Source: the human T2T-CHM13v2.0 reference genome, Homo sapiens
Length of the DNA stretch: 64,000 nucleotides
Reading direction: 5' to 3' (one strand)
Assembly: GCF_009914755.1 (NCBI RefSeq)
Contig: NC_060930.1
Position 1 is the stretch's first letter. Every line of letters starts with the position of its first letter. Made by a program: the position numbers and the translations under genes. Positions 1-20,044 of the stretch are shown one piece after another. The notes below the pieces were generated by a model. That model searched no databases and was not told where the DNA came from. It was given only the letters and a program-made list of their open reading frames with translations.

Positions 1-1067
1 CAAGTAATCTTCTCACCTCAGCTTCCCAAATAGCTGGGATCATAGGCATGCACCACCATGCCCTGCTACGTTTTATTTTTATTTTTTCAATAAAGATTAG
101 GTCTCACCATGTTGCCCAGGCTGGCCTTGAACTCCTGGACTCAAGGTATCTTCCAGCCTCAGCCTCCCAAAGTGCTGGGATTATAGGCATGAGCCACAGC
201 ACATGGACCTCATCTTTCTTTCATGTCACTAGATCAAGAAAGCTCCAGAGTTTTTCTTGTTCCCTTCAGGTGTCAAGCAATATCATTTTATGTATATAAA
301 CATCTAATTCAGAATAGTTTCACTCTTTTTTCCTATTGTCCTGCATAAAGCTTCCCCCTCCCCAGTGGACAGACTGCAATGGGCTGGCATCTGACATTTG
401 TCTGCAGACCTCATGGTAGGAGACAGGCTGGTTTTCTGCCCTGGGAGTGGGAGTGTAGGAAAGGAGGAGGCACTGGGGACCTGTATCCCAGGTTTTCAGG
501 GCAAGGCTGTGTAAGTATTTCCAGCAGACTAGTGTGAGGCATGCTAGGAAGCGAGCTGATGTGGAGCCGAGCTAATCCTGTCTGATGTGGCCACCTACAG
601 GCATCAACAGGCCTCAGCAGAGAGAAGCTGAAGTGATTACTGCATTCCTATGAGCTGTGGGAGGAATAAATCGTGGAAAGAAATCCTCATTTGCAACTGT
701 ATGGCATTAGGGGTGAGGGGTCTCGGAAGAAGCACCCAAGGAGGAGGAATCCCCTGTAAGCCCCTACCAGTCCCAGAGAATGCAAAGCCCTCTTGCAAAC
801 CGTGCCTGCTCCACGCCCCAGACCACTCCTTCCCCCAACCCTTCCCCATTCTACTCAACCTTGGAGGGTTAGAAACCACCATTAGCAAGACAGGAGAAGA
901 AGGATAGATGCATAATGTTGAGGACCTGTTTCCCCATTTCTCATCTTCCCATCCTTGCAAAGCCCTTGCTGGAGGAAAGGAGACTTACCTTTGGAACTAA
1001 ACGTTGAGTTTCTGAATTGGCATTGTGTTTGGTAATATAAAATAACTACAGGACCTAAGAGAGATCA

Positions 1068-1472
<405 letters not shown>

Positions 1473-1599
1473 CTACAAGAGCAAGACTCCATCTCAAGGA
1501 AAAAAAACTAATTAATAATAATAACTTATTCTTGAGACACATGCGATGCAAGACAAGTATTTATTGCTAGGATCTCCTCAGGTAAGCTGTGCAGTAAGT

Positions 1600-1905
1600 C
1601 TGTGCTGTCCTACATGGTAGCCATTAGCCACATGTAGCAACTGAGCACATGAAGTGTGGCTAGTCCAAATACAAATGTGCTCTTAAGTGCAAGACACACA
1701 TGAGATTTCAAAGACTTAGTACAAAAACAGTAAAATATCTCACTAATAATTTTTATGTTTATTACTTGTCAAAATCACAATATTTTGGATATGCTGTGTT
1801 AAATAAAATTTACTATTAGAATTAATTTCACCTGTTGTTTTTTACCTTTTTGATGTGACTACTAGAACTTTGTAAATTACACGGAGCTCGCTTTCTGTGG
1901 ACATG
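1600..1905. mobile_element. MER33/MER3-like hAT-Charlie DNA transposon remnant
   Basis: ctgtgctgtcc...ggtagccattagccacatgt...gatttcaaagacttagtac...tggaca termini. Confidence 0.72.
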
Positions 1906-2877
1906 TAGTCTCTCTCACAGAGAAATACATGTATATTTCTGCTGGACATGTAGTCTCTCTCACAGGTCATAAGGCACTGAGGTCACAGGCCATAGGTTGG
2001 GATGTTTCTCCTCCAGAGAGTAGCTCATTCTCACTTTAAATCATCCTAAAGAACACAGGTACTGGTAGGTAGGTGGGCCGCAAGCTGGATTGAGTGGGGA
2101 AACTTCCTGCTGTCTTTGAACCAGAACAAGAACAGAGTTGGGAGCCTGTATTTTGCATAGTGAAGGCACACTCAAGGGAGCCACCTATCTTGGGGAGTTA
2201 TGCTGGCCCCCAAAACTCAGAGCGTGCTAAAGGTGAGGCAGAGAAGCCTCCTGTAGCAAGTGCATACAGGGAGGGGCGTGGGCCTCTGAAATCTGAAAGC
2301 ACCATGTCTCATTTCCAGTTTTAAGTGTACCTGGAATTCTCTTCTGTTATCCCTAGGTCTTTAGTGGAGCCTGATTAAACATGAGGCTGAGGGCAGCTGT
2401 GGGAGCTGAGGGTGGATTCTGTGCCCACTCGTGGCCCCCCCACTGGCCATGGCTTCCTCCCCAGCAGGCCTCGACAGCAGTCTCTGGAGCCTCTGGCCCA
2501 GCTTGCTGCGGGTCGCTGCTGTTCTCTTTGTGTCTCTTAGCCTGTGACTTCAATGCAGTCATCTCATTTCTGGGAATCTATCCAATTCTCAATTGTGTAA
2601 AAAGCTTTATAAACAAAAAAAGTGCATTACAGTTTACTATCTTAACAAAATATTGGAAGCAGCAGAAACATTTAGCAGTAAAAACTATAAATTATAGACT
2701 ATGTACTTTGTGCATCATTGGGAAGCCACTTAAGTGACTTTTATTAAAACTTATATTAACAAAGAAGACAATAGTGTCATAATAATTTATTTAAAAAGAA
2801 TTAAAGGCCAGGCACAGTGGCTCATGCTGTAATCCCAGCACTTTGGGAGGCCGAGGCTGGCGGATCACTTGAGGTCA

Positions 2878-3163
<286 letters not shown>

Positions 3164-3231
3164 CTAAACAACAACAACCACCTAGGTATAAAGAAAAGAC
3201 TAGAAAAAAATGTTTTAAAATGAAACCATAA

Positions 3232-3652
3232 CTGTATTAGGGTTCTCCAGAGAAACAGAACTAAAACCTCTCTCTCTCTGTCTCTCTCTCTCTCTCATAT
3301 AGATGAGAAGACACACTCAAAGGAGCTCATATAGGTGAGAGAGAGATTTTAAGGAATTGGCTCACACGATTGTGGAGATTGGCAAGTCCAAAATTTGCAG
3401 GGAAAACTGGCAGGCTTGGAGACAAAAGTTAATGTCACAGTTCAGGCCTAAGGGCAACCTGGAGGCAGAATTCCCTCTTCCTTGGGGGATGTCAGACCCA
3501 CTCACATACGGGAGGGTAATTTGCTTTATTCAAAGTCCATCCATTTAAATGTTGATTTCATCTACAAAATACCTTAGTAGAAACATCTAGAATAATGTTT
3601 GACCAAATATTTGGGTACCATGGCTTAAGCATACTGACACATGAAATTAACC
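3232..3652. mobile_element. MLT2-like ERVL LTR with an internal (TC)n
   Basis: tgtattagggttctccagagaaacagaac...aaggaattggctcacacgattgtggag is the typical MLT2 terminus. Confidence 0.75.
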
Positions 3653-3705
3653 TTTGGCTGGGCACAGCAGCTCATCCCTGTAATCTCAGCACTTTGGGAG
3701 GTTTA

Positions 3706-3948
<243 letters not shown>

Positions 3949-4595
3949 TTAATTAATTCATTAAATTTAATAAATATTTTTAAAAATTAACTTTCACAAT
4001 GATCTAAGGCTTACTACTTTAGGATTTGCTTTTGAAATACTTTTCTGTGTTTTCCAAAATACATAAAATAATAAAGATGTACTTATGATGGAAAAGGCCT
4101 GTGTAAACACATTTTAAAACACAGCCTCCTTGGGGTAGCCCCAGAGTCCCAGGGCTCTCCATGGCCCCTTGGACACCTTTCACAGCATTCCTCACCTCTG
4201 TCTTCTACCATTATTATGCATGTCTGAATATGTCTTCCTTTGCTAAACATCAAACAGAGTTTTAGGACTGGGATTCTAGAAAGTGAGAGAAGGCAGGCGC
4301 AGAGGAGGCAGTGGGAGCCTGCCTGAGGGCATTAACGTCAGTCCTGGGCTATGTGCTGGCTCCTCAGGACCGCCCTTCTGAGGGGCACAGACACGTGAGT
4401 GGAGGGAGCTCATGTTCCAGTTTCTTTGCAAAAATCAACTTGATAAAGTTTTTCCTGTTTTGTTAAAATTGCCTAAAATTTTTTAGCAATACTTCATTTG
4501 ATTTTCTCTAATGGTTTCTGTCATTTCTTTGAGTTTTAATTTATTGCTCATGCTTTAACATCCCAGTTTATGTCTTGCTTAATTTAATGTCCATA

Positions 4596-5072
<477 letters not shown>

Positions 5073-5690
5073 TGATCTCCAACTCCTGACCTCAAGTGAT
5101 CCGCCAGCCTCAGCCTCCCAAAGTGCTGGGATTACAGTCGTGAGCCACGGTGGCCAGTCTCATTACCATTTGTTAAGAACTCATTTGGGCGGGCAACAGG
5201 TATACATCGCCTCATGAAAACTGAGTCACTCAGCCTGTGCTCCCACCTGGACAGAACACCATGCAGCCTCTGCTTAGAGATGCTCCACAGGAGCCAGTGT
5301 GGAAACACCAGGGCCAGGCATCCTTTAGAAAACCATTTTGGGATTGCTCCAGCTCATGAACCAGCAGTTAACTGAGTCACCAGCCATATCATAAAGCATG
5401 ACTACAACTACGCAGGCCTGGTCCCTAACCCCATGTTGTTACAGCAAAATATAACCCATTCTTATTTCAGAAAAAGAAAAAAAGCTAGATGTGATGGCAC
5501 ATGCCTGTAGTCCTGGCTACTTGGGGGGCTGAGTCAGAGGATCAGTTGAGCCCAGGAGTTCAAGGTCACAGTCAGCTGATTGTACCACTGCACCCCAGCC
5601 TGGGCAACAGAGGGAGACCATCTCTAAATAAAATAAGACAAAAACAACAACAAAAAAAAAACAGAAGAAGAAAATATACCAAAATGTTAA

Positions 5691-5954
<264 letters not shown>

Positions 5955-6279
5955 TAGAGATGGAGATCTCACTACGTTGTCCAGGCTGGTTGCAAACTCC
6001 TGGACTCAAGCCCTCCTGCCTCGGCCTCCCAAAGTGCTGGGATTACAGGCGTGAGCCACCATGTCCAGCCAATGTTATTTAATTTATTTATTTTTATTTA
6101 TTTATTTTTTTGAGACAGGGTCTCATTCTGTTGTCCAGACTAGAGTGCAGTGGTGCAATCATGGCTTATCGCAACCTCAACTTCCCTGGGCTGAGGTGAT
6201 CCTCCTACCTTAGCCTCCCAAGCAGCTGGGACTACAGGTGTGAGCCACCACACCTGGCTAATTTTTGTATTTTTTGTAG

Positions 6280-6402
<123 letters not shown>

Positions 6403-7134
6403 TAAAAGAAGGAGAAAATTATTGAGCAAGAGAGTCTCTCTGCAGTTCTTAAGATTGCTGTCAGAACCACCTCAATACTCTTTCTGCAGTCTGTGCTTTG
6501 AGCAGCAATATAAAAATGCAGCATTTTATGAGCATTAATAGCAGGGAATGTAAATTAGCCTATTTGTTTTGGCTCTGCTTTGCTTCTGATCATTAGAGGC
6601 CAGCAAAAATAGAATGAGAACTGCAAACTCCCTCTTGTTCCCGGAAGATCTCTCCACAGCATGGCATATCAGTCAGATTTCTGGGCTGTCTCATCTCCGT
6701 CTCCGTAAGAAAGGATCTTGTTGGAAATACATTGAGGCATACACTGAAGCAGAGGCCCCAGTGCCACCTGGGCAGAGGCAAGCCAGAGAAAACAGAGGGA
6801 AATGAAAAGAAAGACTTCCTGGTATTCACTTCTACATACTGCCAGCTAAGCTGCGCTGGGTACCCAGAGCCCACCCACCACATCTACACCACAAATTCAA
6901 CTGGGACTTCGGGCTTTTTTTTTTTTTTTTTGAGTCTGAGTTTCGCTCTTGGTTCCCAGGCTGGAGTACAGTGGCAGGATCTTGGCTCACCACAACCTCC
7001 GCCTCCTGGGTTCAAGTGATTCTCCTGCCTCAGCCTTCCTGAGTAGCTGGGATTACAGGCATGCACCACTACGGCTGGCTAAGTTTTTTGTTTTTTTTTT
7101 TTTAGTATAGACGGGGTTTCTCCATGTTGGTTAG

Positions 7135-7245
<111 letters not shown>

Positions 7246-7339
7246 TGATTGAACACAACCATCTCTGCTCCCAGCAGAAATCCCACCAAAATGTGATAAA
7301 GGGGTTTTAAAAGGCAAGGACTGACAAGAACAAAAGGCG

Positions 7340-7372
7340 GGGGGAGAGGAGAGAGAGAGAGAGAGAGAGAGA
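7340..7372. repeat. (GA)n microsatellite
   Basis: gggggagaggagagagagagagagagagagaga. Confidence 0.9.
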
Positions 7373-8822
7373 AACTGACTACACAATCTAAATAAATAGA
7401 GAATAATGATCTGGATAACAAATAGACAAAGGTCTTAGCAGATAAGAGAAATTTAAAGGTAAAATGTCAGTGGGAGAATCCCAGAAGCAGGCTGATTTCA
7501 CATAGCAGAACCCCAGTAAGGAATGGAGAAACCAAGTATCCCAAACGTGAGTGTGCAAGAGGCCTGGAACCAGAGGCTGATGGTCTATGTAAGAAGCCAC
7601 TAGAACCCTAGATCTCCTAACTCAACGCACATGGCAGAGTGACCCCCTATATTCCACCCTAATGAGTGGTTTGCTCGCTGGAGGCGTTGAACCATGCCAC
7701 ATCCTGGGAACCACAATGAAAATCATTTAAGGCTGGGCGTGATAGCTCATGCTTATAATCCTAGCACTTTGGGAGGCCAAGGCAGGAGGATCACTTGAGT
7801 CCAGGAATTCAAGACCAGCCTAGGCAACAGAGCAAGATCCCCAGCTCTACCAAAAAAAAAAAAATTACATATATATATATATAGCCTATGGCCTTCTGGC
7901 TTTATGTGGCCAGAAGAAAACAAAATAAAATAATTTAAAAAATAGAAAATAAGTAATAATAAAAGAAATAAAATAAGAGAAGCAATAAAAGAAAAGAAAA
8001 AGTCATTTAGGATTATGTAAAAGCCTGCCTATCGAACAGTAAGGCTTCCTGGTCCCCTCCATGAAGTTGGTTCTGAGAACTCCAGCAGCCAGACTTGCCC
8101 CAGGCCGATTAATAGAGAAACCTTCTCTGGAGAAACTGACCAGACAAGGAAAAACACCTAGGAACACAGGAGTAAGGGGGTTCTGACGGATATTAAGCTA
8201 CTGTCACTTGACTTCAAAACCCTCTTCCACTCTCTCCTTCCCAGCTGGCTCCCTCTTAGGTGTAGAGGGAGGTGTCAGCACTGGAGGAAGAAGGGATCCC
8301 TTCCCTTGTTGGCCTCCCAATCCTGCCGGCATCACCACAGCCGAGGATCTTCAGCCCTGTAGCAACAGCTGGTCCAGCAGCAGTAGCAAGTCCCAAACTG
8401 TGGTTCTTCCTCACTCCCGGCAAAGGCCTCTTCCCGTGGCCTCAGTGATACCAGCTCACTGGCCAGGCTCCTCCTTAGGAAACTGAATTCTAGCTCCGTG
8501 GGGCCATCCTCCCAGATTCTCCCATTGAATAATACTGACCTCTTCCCTCAGTTCCCCAAGACTGAGGGAGAGGCAGTTGCCCCATTCCTGATTCCCACGC
8601 GTTCTACCTCTGCGGTATCTCAGTGCTCTTTTTGTCTTTTTAGATCTCAATATGTGGTTAACAATCCTTTATATAAAATTACCTCTGTCTGGGCGCGGAG
8701 GCTCACGCTTGCAATCCCAGCACTTTGGGAGGCCGAGGCAGGTGGATCACCTGAGGTCAGGAGTTTGAGACCAGCCTGGCCAATATGGTGAAACCCTGTC
8801 TCTACTAAAAATACAAAACTTA

Positions 8823-8990
<168 letters not shown>

Positions 8991-9173
8991 TTACCTCTGT
9001 TTAAATATTTGGATTTTTTTCTTTCACCTGACTAGACCCTAATACAAGGGTCTTCTGGAGAAACAGTTCAGCCCATTTGCACTATGGTGAAGCCCACTGA
9101 AACCTCCCCCCATCCCCAACACACACACCTGGAGTTTCCAAACAGCTTAAGATCTAACTAAGCCAAGGATTAC

Positions 9174-9830
9174 TGTATCATTCACAAAGCCCAAGCCCCA
9201 ATTTGAGCAGAGAAAGTTTATTATTAGAAAGAATTATTGGCTGTAACAGGCTAAAAAGACGTGCAGAGAACTCCAAAGAATGCTGTAGGGCCGCGGGAGA
9301 GTACCCAAAGAAGGACACACGTGGAAGCATCCCCACCCCAAAGCTGGATTCAGAACTCAAGGCAGAAAGTGTGCATGTGCCCACCAGGTACCAGATTATT
9401 TCCCTGGGATGCCCAGGCCAAAGCCTGTGAACAGTCATGAGCAAGCAGGAAACTGGGGGGGTCGCGGCATCGGGAGCCCACTCACTGCATGCAAGGCCTG
9501 GGGCATGCAGGGTCCACGTCAGGGCCAGCTCGCTGGGGGAACGCATGCTGTCAGCACGCAGCTAGGACAGAGACCACCAGATGTTCCCACCTGGCCACTG
9601 ATGGGCCCTGCCGCAGGAGCAACAAGAATCACAAACCATAGCTCCCGGAACCAGAGATAAAAGAAATTCTTTCCTCTGGCAGTGTCCCTCCGGCGCCCTC
9701 TACTGAGAAAGCTTAATATTGTGCTGGCTGCGAAGGAGAACCGCTTAATTCAATACAGATCAGTTAAGAGGATGGATTTACGGTTGAGAGGCAATACATT
9801 GATAAGAAACTAGTCATTATGGGATGAAAA
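9174..9830 (-). mobile_element. Old ERVL-type LTR (LTR33/LTR41-like); boundaries approximate
   Basis: gcagtgtccctccggcgccctctactgagaaagcttaatattgtgctggctg resembles the LTR33/LTR41 conserved block. Confidence 0.5.
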
Positions 9831-10194
9831 CCACTGACATGAAAGACAGGTATTGAAAACACAAGAATTAAGGAATATAAAGCCAGGCGCGGTGGCTCAC
9901 GCCTGTAATCTCAGTGCCTTCGCAAGCCAAGCTGGGCGGATCGCTTGAGCCCAAGAGTTCAAGAACAGCCTGAGCAAAATGGCGAGATTCTGTGTCTACA
10001 AAAAGTACAAAAATTAGCCGGGCGCGGTGGCGTGCACCTGTAGTCTCAGCTGCTCAGGAGGCTGAGATGGGAGGATCACTTGAGTCCGGGAGGTCGAGGC
10101 TTCATTGAGCTGTGATTAAGCCATTGCCCTGGACCACAACAGAGAGACCCTGTCAAAAAAAAAAAAAAAAAAAAAAGAAGAAGAAGAAGAAGAG

Positions 10195-11772
<1,578 letters not shown>

Positions 11773-12533
11773 TTAGCTGGGCATGGTGGCACATGCCTGT
11801 AATTCCAACTACTCAAGAGGCGGAGGCGGAGAATTTCTTGAACCCAGAAGGCAGAAGTTGCAGTGAGCCAAGATTTCACCACTGCACTTCTGCCTGGGTG
11901 ACAGAGTGGATCTCAAAAAGAAAAAAGAAAAAAAAAAAAGGCTTGGGGCCAAAACCTCAGGGATTAAGAAAATTCCTTTACCTGGTTACAGAAAGATATT
12001 ACCAAGAAAAAGAGGGAATTGATTAATTGTAATACATTAGACTGCAGAGAAAAAATAGACTTCTATAGAATCTGCTGACAAATTTGTGATAAATTCATAG
12101 ACAAATGATCAAAAGAAAACCTAGTAGATCTGTATAATTCTGGATATCATTCCATAAAGCCCAGCTTAGAACCTGTGCCCTCAGCCCTTATAAAGATTTC
12201 AAAAGCTCTTAATACCCTTTGTAAAATGTCTTCCTGTTAATTTACCTAGCGTAATCTCTAGTTGCTGCACTGAACCCTGACTGATATAACTTGTTATTAA
12301 GAAACAGGAAGATAAAAACTAATTGAGCATCGAAGTGCTTTTACTTCTAGGAAGAGAGAATTAGGGGTTGGTACCGGACTATAGCTTTTGTTCTGTCTTT
12401 GGCTTTTTAAATTACATATCTGTAATTTATATACACACACATATATATTTGGCTTTTAAAATTACATATCTGTATAAATCTGATAAAAATTTTAAATAGT
12501 TAAATAAAAACTTATTTAGGAGATAATATATTA

Positions 12534-13185
<652 letters not shown>

Positions 13186-14137
13186 TCAATAAAAATAGAT
13201 AAATGAATAAATACAGTTAGTCTTTTTTTTTTTAATGGCATCTGGACATTCCTACATTCTGGAAGATTTACAAATACATAGTGGGGATACCTCTCATAAA
13301 TGTATAAGCCTCTCAGTTTTTCCTTCCAATGCATTGCAGATTGTCCTTATTTAGCCCTTTCCCCTGGGAACCTGAGACTGAGAGCAGTGCAAGCTATGCT
13401 TTTTTTGTAAACACAGCACCTCACATTTCTAGAAGACAACCCTAAGTAAACTTCAGGGCCCTACGTCGGTCACCATTCCATCTGCTCTTCTCTGCTCTGA
13501 TTCTTCCTATCCCTCAGAAACCCAAGGCCTCCTTAGCCAAACGGAGCTGCTGTGGTCGCAAATAGCCTTGTGCCCCTGGGAACCTGTGAGATGCAATATG
13601 TCGTCAGTCTCCCTCAATCTTGGCCTGAGTCCAAGAGAAAGGCAGCTGCTCTGAGGTTCGAGACTCTCCAGTGACTCAGCTCTCTAATTCCCAGTACTCT
13701 GTGCATATGCCCTCCTCAATTCCATCTCCTAGACTTGCCAGATGTAGGTCGAGTCCTCAAAGATGAGATAACCAAGATGCAAAATCCTAAAATCCTCCAT
13801 TAAGCACCTACCAGCTGCAGAGGCCCTGCTGGGGCCCTGAGGGAGATGTGTGTGGCAGACTGCAGGCCAAGTAAGTCCTTCTTTAAGGCTGGTGTCATGA
13901 GAATTACTCAATGCCGCCTCCTGCTGGGGAAGGACACTTCACCCCTTTTATGGAAGCCCAACGGGAAGGACTCATGGGACAGGGCAGGCTGCCCTGTCTC
14001 TTTTTTAGGCAGTCACTGCAATCACACATGCTCACTAATCCAGTTCACTAAGGTACGAAGCCACAATAAAGTTTGGAGCCAAAACTGTAGATATAAAGAG
14101 AGTTCCTTTATCTGGAATGGCCTCGATTTTTGAATAA

Positions 14138-14362
<225 letters not shown>

Positions 14363-16094
14363 TGATGGCTAGGCTGGTCTCGAACTCCTGCCCTCACGTG
14401 ATCCGCCGGCCTCGGCCTCCCAAAATGCTGGGATTACAGACGTGAGCCACCAAGCCCATCCATAAGGTTATATTTTTTAATGTCCTGCCTCCTCCTCTTT
14501 TTTTTTCTTCTCTTTTTGTTTTCAAATAACTAAAGATGCACAGAAAGTTGCAAAATTAGTACCGAGATGTCCTGTGCACTCTTCACGCATCTTCCCCAGT
14601 GGTAAGCTCTTACATACTACAGTACATTATCAGAACAAGCAATTGATGCATATTTTCTCAATGCATTGCAGTAGGTGGATTTGGTACTTGAGACCCTCAA
14701 CAATCTCTTTCCGCATATCATGACTAACAGTATAGGCTCATGGTTTTTAAAGGACTGCCCTTTGAAGGAACTGGATGGAATTTTGTTTGCAAAGAGCTGA
14801 GAATCACTGGAGAGGCAATAAATGGAAATGTTCCTGTAGATTGTCACTATAGAGAGCAGGGCTGATGGATGTCAAAGGATATCCAGGGATATAAGCCCTC
14901 AGCAGGGAGGAGAGCAAAAAGGCCAGTGTGGTTGGTTATTGGAGAAGTTATTTGGATAGTTTTTAATTAGAGACATCTCTTGCATGAATGGATTTCCTAA
15001 TGAAATCAAATTTTGATTGTGGAAAGCATAATTAACATGTAGGAAACATCAGTATATTCTAGGACCTGAGAGTAAAGGATGAAGTCCCTTTTAGAGAGAT
15101 ACACTGTTCTCTTTTAGGAAGATGGGCATAGAAGTGCAGGAAGTCAACTAGACGTGTTAAAATATAAATTTTTGGCTGCTTGTAACAGAGACACAAATGC
15201 CACTGGTTTAAATTAGGTAGAAAATGTTTTCCCACCCTTGGATCCAAGCACATGAGGACCCTGCCCGGGCTCCATGATCTAGAGGGACCTGCTCTATCAT
15301 TCCCCCAACTTATAGGACAAAAAGTCCGAGAAGCCAAAGGGATAGACCTACCCATGGAGGTTGCATCTCTTCTACAAGTACTACAGTCTAGGTACTTGGA
15401 ACCCCTGAATTCCTGGCACTAATGGCCCCCAAGCCTGCTTCCAAGTTTGCATGGGCCTCCTCCTGGGGCCATCGTCCCAGGGGTTATGCCTCGCTGCTGT
15501 CGTGCATGCTCTGAGACCCCAAAATGTGGCTGTTTTCAGAGAAGGATATGGGTCTGGAGATTTTAGGGACTTGAATTTTCAGGAAAAGAAAGTAGGGCAG
15601 ATGCAGGTAGAGGACCCAGAGCTAGTTTTCCTCACTCAGCCATATTCTGCCATGGAACCTAGGGGAGTCTCAGAATTCTAAATTCCAGCCTGGCTGTCCT
15701 AGCCTGGATTCCCCAGAAAACAGATTCTCAGATAGATTTATCTGCAGAAGTTTTATTGGGGAACAATCTTGGGACAAACACCTTTAAAAGCTGAGAGAAA
15801 CGGGACAGGGAAAGGGAGCAGTTGAACTGTAATGAAGCCGTAAAGAGTACTGAGCTGATCTCATGGGTTGTGGAGGCCTCTGGCACTGGAAAAGTCCTTT
15901 AAATTTGGCCAAACTCGGCCGGGCGCGGTGACTCACGCCTGTAATCCCAGCACTTTGGGAGGCCGAGTGGGGGAGGATTATCTGAGGTCAGCAGTTCAAG
16001 ACCAGCCTAGTTAACATGGTGAAACCCCGTTTCTACTAAAAATACAAAAAATTAGCCGGGCATGGTGGCATGCGCCTGTAATCCCAGCTACTCA

Positions 16095-16199
<105 letters not shown>

Positions 16200-17446
16200 T
16201 CAAACAAACAAACAAACAAACAAACAAAAAGGTGGCCAAACTTGAAGCAAGGTAACCAGGACTTTGTATGTTCTTATCTTATCTATCAGTCATTGGATGT
16301 GGCTGCCCCCAGGGAGGGGAGGTGTAACCTTGGGCAAGACAGCTCTTTTCAGCTAAGGGCAATTCCCAGAGACAGAGCTGTCACAACCAACACCCCTGGC
16401 AGCTGGGGAATAAGTGACAATGTTGAAGGTAGGATTTGGGTGGCACACAACAGTATCTGCTACACTAGACTTCAAGATCAGTATGAAGGTATATTTATCA
16501 AGACAAAAGCTGGAACATGTTTTATTCAATAATTTATTTGTTTGACTTATAACAATAAACCATCTCTAACACACATTTCCCTTCCTGATATCAGACAGCT
16601 GCTCTGAGGGATACCCGAGACCCACATTCAGGAAGTAAGATAGATATCAGCCTGGACTGCTGAATAGATGCCCTGTGATTTATCTTCAGACATGACTCAG
16701 TGGAAATGCAGTTGACTCCATTCTAAAACCTCTCTTGAGAATATTTCCAGGCCCAGTCAACTTATCTTGGTCTCACTATAAGGAAAGGAACTGAGATCAG
16801 CTGCACCCTGAGAGGCTAAGATCCTGATAGGGAGCAGGTGAAATCAGGTTGGAAAATAGACAAGACAAAGGCAGGCAGATGTAAGAGGTATTCAAAAGCC
16901 CAGTTGTGCTCTATTTTTGCCTTCCACGAGGAATCTTACGGGGAGCTTCCACATTACCCGGTTATTGGTCACGGCGGTGAGTTAAGGCTGTTTTATTGAA
17001 TGAAATCATCAACCCCCCTCCTTTTCCTGCTAAAACGCAATCTGTTTCCAAGACTTTCCTAATGTAGAGTGATTTTATTGAGCCTAGACCATGGATTTCC
17101 CATCTGATAACTCTTTAAGAGGGATGAGATAGAACATAATGTGAGAAAATAACATTGTTCCAAGATTTGTAAATGCTAATAATTGTTGAAGTCCCATGGT
17201 AGGTAAATAGAGGTATTTTCTTTATTTTTGTGTAAGTTTGAAAATTTCCATAATAAAAAGTGTTATAAATTGTCTTAGCAGGTCACATAACTAATAATAA
17301 AGGTAAAATTTTTGTTGGTCTTAATGAGAGAGAATTTGGAAAGTGGAGATAAGCGGGGCTTTGGAGCTCCTAAACTATTCGGGCTGTGTTTTGACTCAGC
17401 GAGCTCAAAGTGGGAGGGCAGGAGAGCTCGCTTTTTAAAAGATCGA

Positions 17447-17465
17447 CAGCGCCATCTACCGGTAA
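17447..17465 (-). promoter_or_regulatory. Candidate CTCF binding site
   Basis: Minus strand ACCGGTAGATGGCGCTG is a close match to the CTCF core CCASYAGRKGGCRS. It sits in a small unique patch that retains CpGs, with AP-1 TGACTCA at 17392-17398. Confidence 0.65.
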
Positions 17466-17549
17466 GAGCGCCCAACTCCCTTGCTAAGGATGATATCATT
17501 ATGCTAGGGTGATAGTAGCAAGCCTCATTGTTAGTCACCTAAGAAGTTA

Positions 17550-17699
<150 letters not shown>

Positions 17700-17704
17700 C
17701 TACC

Positions 17705-17743
<39 letters not shown>

Positions 17744-17825
17744 CGTTAAAATTAATTTAAAGATACACAATAATGAAAATATTACAAAGTACTATTATTC
17801 AGCCATAAAAAAGAAATTACATTCT

Positions 17826-18138
17826 ATTTATTTATTTTATTTTATTTTATTTTGCAGACAGAGTCTTGCTCTGTCACCCAGGCTGGAGCGCAGTGGCGCA
17901 ATCTTGGCTCACTGCAACGTCCGCCTCCCCGGTTCAAGGGTTTCTCCTGTCTCAGCCTCCTGAGTAGCTGGGATTACAGGCACGCGCCATCACGCCCAGC
18001 TAATTTTTGTATTTTTTTTAGTAGAGACGGGGTTTCACCATGCTGGCCAGGCGGGTCTCCAACTCCTGACCTCAGGTGATCTGCCAGCCTCGGCCTCCCA
18101 AAGTGCTGGGATTACAGGCATGAGCCACCGCGCCCAGC
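17826..18138 (-). mobile_element. AluS with a 14-bp target-site duplication, inserted into an old L1 3' end
   Basis: TSD agaaattacattct at 17812-17825 and 18139-18152. Confidence 0.93.
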
Positions 18139-18139
18139 A

Positions 18140-19695
<1,556 letters not shown>

Positions 19696-19723
19696 TTATT
19701 TTTTTAAATTTTTTATTTTTTGA

Positions 19724-20044
<321 letters not shown>

